DNA from: Candidatus Binataceae bacterium
Lineage (GTDB): Bacteria; Desulfobacterota; Binatia; Binatales; Binataceae
Assembly: GCA_963803045.1 (NCBI GenBank)
Contig: CAWDLC010000036.1
Span: forward strand, 69,999-133,998
Reading direction: 5' to 3'
Length of the DNA stretch: 64,000 nucleotides
The number at the start of each line of letters is the position of its first letter. Position 1 is the stretch's first letter. Positions 17,953 to 27,014 of the stretch are shown one piece after another. Position numbers and translations under genes: made by a program. The notes below the pieces were generated by a model. That model made no database searches. It worked only from the letters and a program-made list of their open reading frames with translations, and had not been told where the DNA came from.

Positions 17953-20132
17953 TTAGGCAGTCAAATGCAGAGCGACCAAGGCCAGATCGATCAACTTGAT
18001 TCCCCCGAATGGCATTATCACACCGCCCAGCCCCCAGATGAGCAGGTTTCTTCGGAGCAGAGCGTCGGCCCCGAGCGGTATGTACTTCACGCCCCGCAAC
18101 GCGACGGGGATGAGAGCCGGAATGATGAGCGCGTTGAAAATGACCGCCGACAATATCGCAGAAGTGGGGGAATGTAGATGCATCACATCGATCGCCACAA
18201 GCCAAGGCAGCGTTCCGGCAAATAGGGCCGGGATGATCGCAAAATACTTGGCGACGTCATTTGCTATGGAAAACGTCGTGAGCGCTCCGCGAGTCATCAA
18301 TAGCTGTTTCCCGATTTCCACGATCTCGAGCAGCTTGGTCGGATTGCTGTCTGAGATCGACCATGTTGCCCGCCTCTTTGGCGGCCTGAGTTCCTGAGTT
18401 CATCGCCAGGCCCACATCCGCCTGCGCCAAGGCAGGAGCGTCGTTGGTGCCGTCACCGATCATCGCGACAAGTTTGCCTTCAGCCTGATCCTTGCGGATA
18501 TAAGCGAGCTTCGATTCGGGTGTGCATTCGGCTACGAAATCATTCACCCCCGCCCGCTTCGCAATTGTCGCCGCGGTCAGGGGATTGTCGCCCGTGATCA
18601 TGACCGTGCGAACTCCCATCCTATGGAGTCGATCGAGACGTTCACTTATGGCGGGCTTCAAAATGTCTTCGAGTACCACCACGCCAGCCACCCTCGTTCC
18701 TTCAGTCACCACTAGCGGGGTAGCGCCCTCGGACGCGACGCTGTCAACGATTGCCTGTAGGTCTTTCGGGACATTTCCGCCCTGTCTTTGAATGTACCGA
18801 ACTACAGCATCAGGCGCGCCTTTACGAATTTGTCTTCCATCGGGTAAGTCGATTCCGCTCATGCGGGTTTGCGCAGTAAACGGAACGAAACGAGCGTCGC
18901 GAGCGTTAATTCAGATCCGGCGAAACGTTTTGCTCCTTATAGAGAGCGACGATAGTCTTTCCTTCCGGCGTCTCGTCCGCGACTGACGACCATGCCGCCA
19001 GGCGGGCGAGGTCATTCGTCGAGTAGGTGCCGACCGGGAGGAACTTGGTTGCATGGCGGTTACCCATCGTGATCGTGCCAGTCTTGTCGAGCAGCACCGT
19101 GTCTATGTCGCCCGCAGTTTCGACTGCCTTGCCACTCTTGGCGAGGATGTTGGCCTGGAGCGCGCGATCCATCCCGGCGATGCCGATCGCAGCAAGCAGA
19201 GCGCCGATAGTGGTGGGAATGAGACAAACCAACAGTGCCACCAGGGTTGGAACGTCGGTGCCGAGGCTCCTCAGTGGCTCCGAAATTCCCACGTAACCCG
19301 CCATGTATTGTTCCGCGTTCCAAGCCATCGGCCAGAGCGGAATCACAACGATCACAAACGCGAGCGTTAGTGCGGAAAGAGCAAGGGTGAGCGCAATTTC
19401 GTTGGGTGTCTTCTGGCGAACGGCGCCCTCGACCAATGCGATCATTCGATCGAGAAAAGATTCACCAGGCGCGGCCGTGATGCGCACCACGATGCGGTCA
19501 GAAAGAACGCGCGTGCCGCCAGTGACGCCGGAGCGGTCACCTCCTGCTTCGCGAATCACTGGGGCGGACTCCCCGGTGATAGCTGCTTCATCGACCGACG
19601 CGATGCCCTCGATGACCTCTCCGTCCCCCGGAATCATCTGCCCGGCTTGAACTACTACCCGATCGTCCGGTCTCAATTCGCTCGATTGAACCTCTTCGAC
19701 AATATCTTTTCCGCGCAGTCGAAATGCCGGCGTGTCGCGTCGCGCCCTTCGCAGCGAGTCGGTTTGCGCTTTGCCGCGAGCCTCAGCCAGTGCGGTAGCG
19801 AAATTTGCAAACAACACCGTCAGCCAAAGCCAGAAATCGAGCGCGATGAAATAAGTAATCGGAACTTGGCTCGCGGAGGTGCTCACCAGCGCCTGTATGA
19901 TGAAGAACAGAGTAAGCAGGGCGCCGATCTCGACCACGAACATGACGGGATTGGACCATTGGGTGTCCGGTCGCAGCATTGCGAACGCCTGCTTTAGTGC
20001 CGGTCCCACCAACTCGGGCGCAAACAAATCCAGGTGTCGGGCGCGCCTGATCGCTTGCCCCTCCCCAGGAGACCGTTTCGTCTCCGGCGCAACTACTTCG
20101 AATTGCGGCTGTATTGACTTAGATGGTTCCAT
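17953..20132 (-). pseudogene. kdpB: K+-transporting P-type ATPase subunit B, second copy, interrupted by 2 frameshifts
   Basis: [21 protein letters not shown] and [10 protein letters not shown] lie in three ORF pieces. Switches near 18906-18911 (..DLN|[17 protein letters not shown]) and 18352 (..NMVDL|[16 protein letters not shown]). Confidence 0.85.
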
Positions 20133-20190
20133 TTTTTCCTCAACTGATTCCGGCGTCGTTACGAAAATGTCGTGGCCCTTGGGAGGTCAG

Positions 20191-22008
20191 TCAGCCTCCG
20201 AACGGAATAGGACCGAAATGATCCGCCAGTGGTCCGAGTGCGGCGGCCGGCAGGAACAGCAACGCACCGATGATTACGATGGTGCTGAACAGAAGACATC
20301 CGAAGGTAAAGGTGTCGTCGCGCAAAGTACCCAGTCCGAATGGCGAACTCTTCTTCATACCGAGAAAGCCGGCCATCGCAATCGGCGCGATAATCGGCAG
20401 AAATCGCCCGAACATGATCACAAAGCCAGCGGCGATATCCCATGGCACCGCTTCAGGCGCCGGACTCGGGTTATTGTTGAGGCCATAGGTGACTCCCAGG
20501 CCATCGAAAGCGGAGCCGTTGTTAGCTGAGTCAGAGGAGAACTGGTAAACGATTTGGGAGAATCCATGCGGCCCCGGATTGCTCTCCGCTTTGATCCCCC
20601 AATTGGTTGCGGCAAACAGGCCCGTCGGCAGAAGTATTACCAGCGGATGCACAAGCAGCGCGATCATGGCGAGCTTAACTTCCCGCGGGCCGATCTTCTT
20701 TCCTAGATACTCCGGCGTGCGGCCGACCATCTGACCGACGACGAAGATTCCGATGATCAGGAATAGGAGCATGTTGACCATCCCGACGCCTTTGCCGCCG
20801 AATATGCAGTTAACCCACATCCCGAACATTGGCGACAATCCGGCGATTGGGTTCAGGCTGTCGTGTTCACAGATAATCGCGCCGCAGGTGAAATCGACAG
20901 TAAGGGCGGCGAAGGTGGAACCGGCTGAAGTCCCAAAGCGAAGTTCCTTCCCTTCGAGATTGCCAAGATGCTGATCGACCGGCAGTCCGGCCACGGCAGG
21001 CAGAGTAATAACCCGCTTGCCGCCCGGCGCTGTTGCGCTTGCGATCTCGAAGTTTTGCGGGCCGGGGTGAGCCGTCAAACCGGGATTGGGTTTAAGGGTG
21101 TCGAAGTAGATCGTCCAGAGGACGGTGCCGACAAGCAGGGTCAGCATCACGGCGAAGATCACGACCGAATGGCGGCGGCGGCTGAGCATCCGGCCGTACA
21201 TTAGAACAAGGGCCATCGGGAACAACATAAACGATGAGGTAGTGGCGATGTTGCTTCCAGCAGTGGGATTCTCAAACGGATGGGCCGAGTTCATCCCGAA
21301 GAAACCGCCGCCATTGGTGCCGAGCATTTTCATCGGCACAAACGCGGCCAACGGACCGACCACGATCGTCTGCTGCTTAGGCTGGTTGTTGTTATCAGTG
21401 CCCATTGCGGCGGGCTCGAGCGTGTTGACCTGGTAGTCGCTTTGAAAGGTCATCGGCATGCCCTGGATCAGAAACAAGATGCTCAGGACGAACGCGGCCG
21501 GAAGAAACAGGTAGATAACCACCCGCCACATATCGACGAAGAAGTTGCCGAGGTGCGAGTCGCTCCGGAATGCGCGGATGATCGCGGTCAAAGCGCACAG
21601 GCCGATGGCTGCCGACAGAAAGAACATCGGTAAACAGAAAAAGATCTGACTGAAATTCGAAAAGGACTGATCCCCAGAGTAATGTTGAATATCGGTGTTC
21701 GTGCTGAAGGAAATAACTGTGTTGAAGACAGTGCTTGGAGAAAGCATGCCGAGGCCCCTCGGATTGAGCGGCATCCACGGCTGCAACGACAGGACCAGAA
21801 AACCAAATAGGTAGAGCAGGGTGTTGAAAATCAGTAGCGCCACCGTGTACTGCTTCCAATTCTGATGACCGGAGTCGAGCTGCTTCTCGAACCATTCAAA
21901 TACGGGCCAGGGTCGATAATTCCCATCCATGATGCGAGCCATAAAGCCGCTCAAGGGGACCGCGAGGATTACGGGGAGTACTATTACTGTAATGGGCAAA
22001 AGCCACAT
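20191..22008 (-). CDS. kdpA: K+-transporting ATPase subunit A, second copy
   Basis: 605 aa, polytopic, KdpA-like throughout. Flanked by kdpF and kdpB. Confidence 0.9.
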   Translation of the reverse strand: MWLLPITVIVLPVILAVPLSGFMARIMDGNYRPWPVFEWFEKQLDSGHQNWKQYTVALLIFNTLLYLFGFLVLSLQPWMPLNPRGLGMLSPSTVFNTVISFSTNTDIQHYSGDQSFSNFSQIFFCLPMFFLSAAIGLCALTAIIRAFRSDSHLGNFFVDMWRVVIYLFLPAAFVLSILFLIQGMPMTFQSDYQVNTLEPAAMGTDNNNQPKQQTIVVGPLAAFVPMKMLGTNGGGFFGMNSAHPFENPTAGSNIATTSSFMLFPMALVLMYGRMLSRRRHSVVIFAVMLTLLVGTVLWTIYFDTLKPNPGLTAHPGPQNFEIASATAPGGKRVITLPAVAGLPVDQHLGNLEGKELRFGTSAGSTFAALTVDFTCGAIICEHDSLNPIAGLSPMFGMWVNCIFGGKGVGMVNMLLFLIIGIFVVGQMVGRTPEYLGKKIGPREVKLAMIALLVHPLVILLPTGLFAATNWGIKAESNPGPHGFSQIVYQFSSDSANNGSAFDGLGVTYGLNNNPSPAPEAVPWDIAAGFVIMFGRFLPIIAPIAMAGFLGMKKSSPFGLGTLRDDTFTFGCLLFSTIVIIGALLFLPAAALGPLADHFGPIPFGG

Positions 22009-22043
22009 AGCATTCGTCCTCTATCGAGTCTGATAGTTGATGA

Positions 22044-22124
22044 CTAAAACCACTCGGGCCGTACCATGGCCGCGAGTAGATATGCGAACACGAAGGCCGC
22101 GACGACGGCTGTTACGTAGGTCAT
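22044..22124 (-). CDS. kdpF: K+-transporting ATPase subunit F, second copy (26 aa)
   Basis: MTYVTAVVAAFVFAYLLAAMVRPEWF*. Below the ORF-track cutoff. Confidence 0.7.
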   Translation of the reverse strand: MTYVTAVVAAFVFAYLLAAMVRPEWF

Positions 22125-22134
22125 GGGCGCCTCC

Positions 22135-22230
22135 CTAAATCTTCTCGCAAGCGACGATAAACGCGAAACAAAGGCCGAGACCTAGCAGACCCAAGGCCAA
22201 TGTTGCCGGAAGCCAGATTGCGACGTTCAT
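22135..22230 (-). CDS. 31-aa hydrophobic peptide upstream of kdpF in operon 2
   Basis: MNVAIWLPATLALGLLGLGLCFAFIVACEKI*. Same position and same C-E-x-(L/I) ending as 16451..16534. Confidence 0.45.
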   Translation of the reverse strand: MNVAIWLPATLALGLLGLGLCFAFIVACEKI

Positions 22231-22772
22231 TTTCCGTTCCTCCATGGCGCCATAGCTGGCCCATCTCGATCCCCTGAAGCAAGTTTAGTGCTGCCCGAAA
22301 AGTCGGATGGTAATGGACAATAAATAACCTTATTGCCAAAGGTGCTGCCTTGATCGCGTGCGAGTGCGAAAATACTCGACACCCCCGCTTGATCAGAATT
22401 AAATATTAAATGTCAGAAGGAAGACCGCGACACGAATACAATGCCGCATTCTCGCCTTTTGTAGCCAATGGCAAGGTCAGCATCTATTACAGATGTCGAT
22501 TGAATGTAGACGCTAAGGTGTTAGATTCTGTTGGGTAAGGTTATTTGTCGGAAGATCGATATATTTCACTTATCCTGTTAACACACACCTCGATCCAGAT
22601 AGAGGACAAGCCCGACCAACGCAACGAGCAGTAACAGACCAACTGGCATAACCACCACCTATCTTCGATCGCTGGTGCGGTCCATCCTCCGCAGGGTCCG
22701 AGCTAGAGTCGCGATCCGTGCGGGCGGGAGCCCGTAGTATGCTCGCCATAGTCACTCAATCAGTGTGCGCAA

Positions 22773-23144
22773 TCAGCGCGCCGCGACCGATGCCGAAGGG
22801 TTTGGAACAGCAGCGATACGAATCGAGCGAGCGGTAGTCTCATCAGTGACAGCGGCTGGGTGATCTAACCTCAGGATGGCGATGCTTTCTGGCCGAACAC
22901 GTTCGATCAATTCGTGAGCGATTCGCGTAGCGGCATCGTCCGCGACGCTGAGGTCAATCTTTAGACGCTCGACCAGGTCGAGGACGAACTCGCGACCGCG
23001 GTAAAGCCGCTGGCGTTCACGGCTGGTCGAACGGGCCGTGCGGCGAACTTCGGTCAAGTCGAAGTCGGACAAGTTCAAGCCTTCGGCGGCTTCGGTGAAG
23101 CGGTCGAGAGTGCCTGGATCGATTACTAATTCGATTCTCTTCAT
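22773..23144 (-). CDS. PII-like (GlnB-fold) signal protein
   Basis: MKRIELVIDPGTLD...TEVRR..(T-loop-like RTARSTSRERQRLYRGREF)..KIDLSVADD.. follows the PII pattern MK.IE.I..P..LD...TEV.G.G....YRG.E....KIE.VV.D. Alternative ATG at 23156. The track start 23201 lies inside the putative promoter. Confidence 0.55.
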   Translation of the reverse strand: MKRIELVIDPGTLDRFTEAAEGLNLSDFDLTEVRRTARSTSRERQRLYRGREFVLDLVERLKIDLSVADDAATRIAHELIERVRPESIAILRLDHPAAVTDETTARSIRIAAVPNPSASVAAR

Positions 23145-23196
23145 CTTCGCACTCATGTTTGGCCGACGGGCGATTCGGCACGTTGTCTGAGGGAAA

Positions 23197-23212
23197 TGCA
23201 TGGCGCGTGCCG
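23197..23212 (-). promoter_or_regulatory. sigma54 -24/-12 promoter-like element upstream of the PII-like gene / kdp operon 2
   Basis: The minus strand reads CGGCACGCGCCATGCA (GGCACG-N4-ATGCA, correct spacing). About 40-55 nt upstream of the candidate ATGs. Confidence 0.4.
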
Positions 23213-23419
23213 ACGAAAAAACCCTGTTCTCAAAAGGATTTCCTTAAGCCGTTCGCGTGCAGAACAATTAATTTTTAAACGAGGCGAGTTTTCATTTTGA
23301 AATGTCCCGCCGCCGAACCGGTCCGAACACAAAAGCGATCTGAAGCGCAAGAGCGGAAATCCTGAACGGTTGCGCGGCTTTTCTATCGACCCAATCTGGT
23401 GCGCCATCGCGACCACCTC

Positions 23420-23435
23420 TGGCGCAAGGGTTGCT
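23420..23435 (+). promoter_or_regulatory. sigma54 -24/-12 promoter-like element upstream of the small Cys-protein genes
   Basis: TGGCGCAAGGGTTGCT, one mismatch to TGGCAC-N5-TTGCW. 42 nt upstream of the ATG at 23477. Confidence 0.5.
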
Positions 23436-23476
23436 TTAGCATGAAGTCAATGATTTGAGGTGCGTGAGCAGAAACC

Positions 23477-24015
23477 ATGAAAGCAACCGTGACACAGCGT
23501 CGTAATCTTTCTTCTATCGGGATCATCGCGCCAGTTGCGAAAACTGGGATTCAGATTCCCTTGCCAGTTTCCGCGAATGGATACCGCGAGTTGTATCGCA
23601 CGCATACCTCGCTAGGGCGCGGGTATTCCGGGAGTGCTTTTTCGCCTGAGGAGATGAAACACAACTTTGCGATCCGAGCGCTTGAGAAGCCGACTCTTTT
23701 GCACGCCGGCCATATATCTACTTGTGCGTGCGATGCCGCCAGATATTTCTGGTCAACGAGCACCGCGGCTCGATTGTAGCGATCGATCGCGATCGAAATC
23801 CGTTGCCGGAGCCCGAAAACTCAAGACAGGTTGAGACATTTGCTGAAGGTCCATGCCCCAGCTTCAAGTTCGCTCCGAAATTCCCCCGACAGGGTCGACC
23901 AGCGGCGACCGTCAAATCGAGCATGGTGAAGCTTCGCTTATTGAGGGCTTTGGCTTCTCTCACCAAGAGAGCTCAGGCCATGCTAGCGAGTACGCCTCAA
24001 GAACATCTTTTCTAG
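23477..24015 (+). pseudogene. small Cys-motif protein, copy 1 (frameshifted near 23705)
   Basis: ..MKHNFAIRALEKP.. in one frame continues as ..RPYIYLCVRCRQIFLVNEHRGSIVAIDRDRNPLPEPENSRQVETFAEGPCPSF in another. Paralogue of 24039..24509. Confidence 0.6.
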
Positions 24016-24038
24016 CAGCCTCAACTCAGGATAGTCCC

Positions 24039-24509
24039 ATGAGACGCGAGATACTCGGAGCGAACTCAGTTGGTGGAAGCGTAGCATTGTCCGCGACGCA
24101 GGAAGGCGCAGGACGCGCTAGGCGGAAGATGGCCTTCACCGCGGAGGAAACACGCCATCACTTCGCGATTGAGGCCCTGGAGAAACCCGGGTCCTTCCGC
24201 CCACAGCCGTATCTATATACGTGCGTTCGCTGCAGGTGGATTTTTCGTATCAATGATTCGCGCGGTTCGATCATTGCCTTGGACGGCTTGGGCAGGCATC
24301 TACCCGAACCCGAGAATTCCAAACGCATAGTCACCTTTCACCGAGGACCGTGTCCTGCCTTTCCAGTCTTCGAGTACCTGATCCCTGAGGTTGAGCGCGA
24401 AAGTCGACTTCTTAAGTATATGTCGAGAATTGTCGATGTGTTATGCGGTCTCATGGATGTTGGTAGATCATCGAAGCCGACTCGCAGGCAGGAAACGAGG
24501 GCGGCTTAG
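24039..24509 (+). CDS. small Cys-motif protein, copy 2 (unknown function)
   Basis: ..TRHHFAIEALEKPGSFRPQPYLYTCVRCRWIFRINDSRGSIIALDGLGRHLPEPENSKRIVTFHRGPCPAF... ATG at 24039. CxxC...CP motif. Confidence 0.55.
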   Translation: MRREILGANSVGGSVALSATQEGAGRARRKMAFTAEETRHHFAIEALEKPGSFRPQPYLYTCVRCRWIFRINDSRGSIIALDGLGRHLPEPENSKRIVTFHRGPCPAFPVFEYLIPEVERESRLLKYMSRIVDVLCGLMDVGRSSKPTRRQETRAA

Positions 24510-24746
24510 CACTCGGTATGCATCAAGGGCGTACACTTGGCCTCAAGCGGCGCGACCTGGCTTTTCTCTTCACCGTCGCATCATTTCAAATTGAAAAGAG
24601 CTGAACGGGCGATTCGAAATGTCGCCGCTGCGCGCTCAAAAAAATCGTTGGCCGGTATGATAGTTGGCGACGGCACACTTGATGCTTTCTTCCAAGGTAT
24701 GTCCGGCATCATCCCATTGAGGAAGTCGGGGTTACAAGACAGCTCG

Positions 24747-25226
24747 ATGGCGCAGCCGAATCTGAGGCTGGTCAGGAGTGACTGCAGAAGTCACATCCAG
24801 GCGATTGTTCGGACTCCAGATGAATCACCAAAGACAGCGGTGATGGTCTGTCTAACTGCCCGTAGTTCAGGCAACAGTGAACTGTTGCGCAAGGCCTACG
24901 GCGGCGCGCGCGAACATGGCGGCGAGTTCTACGCGGTCATAGTCGATTCGCCGCACACTCGATTTGGAAAGGCTCAGGTTCGTGCGCTGATCGACGACGC
25001 AATCCTCGCTACCTTCTTCGGCGCGAAAATCGTACGCCTCGAATCGTCCGACTTGGTCGGCGCTCTACTTCGGTTCGCGCGACAATGTAACGTTGGCCGG
25101 ATCTTCGTTACTCGGGACCGCCCGATTCTGTTCTCTCGACTATTTGGGCTTACTGTTTATTCCGATCTGCTGAGCCGCGGTGAAGGTTTTCGCATCGACG
25201 TTGTCGGGTTTGAACGCAGGAACTGA
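24747..25226 (+). CDS. stand-alone KdpD-type USP domain protein
   Basis: VMVCLTARSSGNSELLRKAYGGAREHGGEFYAVIVDSP..AKIVRLESSDLVGALLRFARQCNVGRIFV..IDVVGF parallels the USP segment of E. coli KdpD (ILLCIGHNTGSEKLVRTAARLA..WHAVYVETP..). ATG chosen at MAQPNL. Confidence 0.65.
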   Translation: MAQPNLRLVRSDCRSHIQAIVRTPDESPKTAVMVCLTARSSGNSELLRKAYGGAREHGGEFYAVIVDSPHTRFGKAQVRALIDDAILATFFGAKIVRLESSDLVGALLRFARQCNVGRIFVTRDRPILFSRLFGLTVYSDLLSRGEGFRIDVVGFERRN

Positions 25227-25229
25227 CTT

Positions 25230-26246
25230 TTGAATAAGGGGCCGACGGTGGACAAAGAACACGAAGATCTGGATCGTCCGATACCGCGCCCTGCTGACGA
25301 TTTCGTTCCCCTGCTCGAATCGAACGATCCCGTGATGCAGCGACTGCTGGAGAAGGCGAAGCGCGCAGCCGCGAGCGACGCGACGATTCTCCTCACTGGC
25401 GAGAGTGGTACCGGCAAGGACGTTCTTGCGCATCAGATCCACCGATGGAGCCTTCGCGCCGAATGTCCATTTGCGACCGTCAACTGTACAACTCATTCTG
25501 AACATCTTCTCGAGAGCGAGTTGTTTGGCCATACGTGCGGTGCTTTCGCCGGCGCAATCAAGAATAAGCCTGGAAGCCTCGAAGCCGCCCACGGCGGATC
25601 CATCTTCCTCGATGAAATTGCAGATCTGACTGCACCCCTTCAGACCAAACTTCTGCACTTCATCAAGGAACAGACGTTCGAAAGGATGGGGAGTGAAAAC
25701 ACTATAACGGTTGATACTCGAATCATCGCCGCGTCGAACCATGACCTGGCTTCGGAAGTTGTGGCACGACGATTCCGCGAGGATCTGTACTATCGACTTG
25801 GCGTGATCACTTTGCGAGTTCCCGCCTTGCGGGAACGTCCAGCAGACGTCCTGCCCTTGACGATTCGAATGCTTGCCGGCGCCACCGTCCGTAACCACCG
25901 TCCGGGTCTGCGTCTTTCACCCGAAACATCATCGGCACTGGTGCGTTATCGATGGCCAGGAAATATCCGTGAGTTGCGCAATGTCATTGAGCGCGCGGTC
26001 GTACTGTGCCCGAGCGACCTTGTGACGCCTGAGTATCTGCCTGACCTGCTTTGTAACGATTCACGCTTGACCACTACCCCATCGGCAAGTCTCGATGACA
26101 TCGAGCGCGAACATATCATTTGCGTTATGGCGGAAAGCCCCACGCTTGAAAGTGCCGCACACAAGCTGGGCATCAATGTCGCGACGCTGTGGCGCAGGCG
26201 CAAACGGTACGGACTCTCTTCAACTCACGATGTCCCGAGGAATTAG
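25230..26246 (+). CDS. receiver-less sigma54 enhancer-binding protein (AAA+ + HTH only)
   Basis: GESGTGKDVLA, ESELFGH, GAFAGA (variant of GAFTGA), RELRN, C-terminal HTH LGINVATLWRRRKRYGL. Only about 35 aa precede the AAA+ core. Alternative GTG start at 25248 after AAGGGG. Confidence 0.85.
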   Translation: MNKGPTVDKEHEDLDRPIPRPADDFVPLLESNDPVMQRLLEKAKRAAASDATILLTGESGTGKDVLAHQIHRWSLRAECPFATVNCTTHSEHLLESELFGHTCGAFAGAIKNKPGSLEAAHGGSIFLDEIADLTAPLQTKLLHFIKEQTFERMGSENTITVDTRIIAASNHDLASEVVARRFREDLYYRLGVITLRVPALRERPADVLPLTIRMLAGATVRNHRPGLRLSPETSSALVRYRWPGNIRELRNVIERAVVLCPSDLVTPEYLPDLLCNDSRLTTTPSASLDDIEREHIICVMAESPTLESAAHKLGINVATLWRRRKRYGLSSTHDVPRN

Positions 26247-26372
26247 CGAGCTTCATCTGCCGAGATTTCTTTCAGATGACGCGCTCGCGGAGTGAAGCTA
26301 AACTTGGCCCTCGACGCACCGCACTAAGGCCAAGATGAGACTTTGAGGCCGCATATATGAGGGGATACGAAG

Positions 26373-26841
26373 ATGAAAACAGAAAGAATTCTGATGGCTA
26401 CCGACTTTTCGCCGCGCTCACTCGCGGCGCTCGAGCGTACAATCGATCTCGCACGTGAGCACGACTCCGAGATTGTACTCGTGCACGTGATTGAGTCCTT
26501 ACCGTACGGGGTAGGCCACTCGTCAGATCCAACGAAGCTCCTGGAGCATCTAGCAGAGGACGGCCGAAACCAGCTTGCGGGGTTCACGAAGCGCGCGCTC
26601 AGCCTATACCCGAAATGCACCAGCGAACTCCATTTCGGTATCGTCCACCAAGTCATCTCGGAACTTGCCCGAAAGCTGGACATTGATCTCATCCGTGGTG
26701 GCGGCTCGCTCGCAGCGCGGATTGCTCGAAAGGATCCTGGGGAGCCTGGCGGAAAAGCTGGTGCGCCAAGCGCCGTGTCCAGTGCTCGCTGTTCAGGTCG
26801 ACGGCGGAGGCCAGAAAGAAAATCACGCGGCATCAGCCTGA
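26373..26841 (+). pseudogene. universal stress protein, third copy, frameshifted near 26693
   Basis: MKTERILMATDFSPRSLAALERTIDLAREHDSEIVLVHVIES... After DIDLI the reading continues in another frame as VVAARSQRGLLERILGSLAEKLVRQAPCPVLAVQV (one extra C in ATCCGTGG). Confidence 0.75.
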
Positions 26842-27014
26842 GCGCTGGGGAACTTAGGGCCAAGTCCATTCTCTTGCTCAGGAGAGGGCCGCTTTTCCTA
26901 TTTCACTTTCCTCCACGGGACTAGCAGGCTGTTGAGGAAAGGGTTTGATTGCTCAGTTTCATCGCGGTCTTGGAGGAAGGGAGTTATCGCTCCGGCGCGA
27001 AGCCTTTCGAAAAC

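Noticed and set aside
22278-22293. Sigma54-like element directly upstream of the small ORF of kdp operon 2 (minus strand CAGCACTAAACTTGCT)
   Set aside because: The spacing is right, but the -24 dinucleotide is AG rather than the near-invariant GG. A further candidate at 22769-22782 (GGCGCGCTGATTGC) overlaps the PII-like stop codon and could be chance in GC-rich DNA. The better candidate is 23197-23212.
22578-22649. 23-aa hydrophobic ORF (MPVGLLLLVALVGLVLYLDRGVC*) between the PII-like gene and kdp operon 2
   Set aside because: It has only a weak GGTGGTGG RBS-like run, no paralogue in operon 1 and a very short length. There is not enough evidence to call it a gene.
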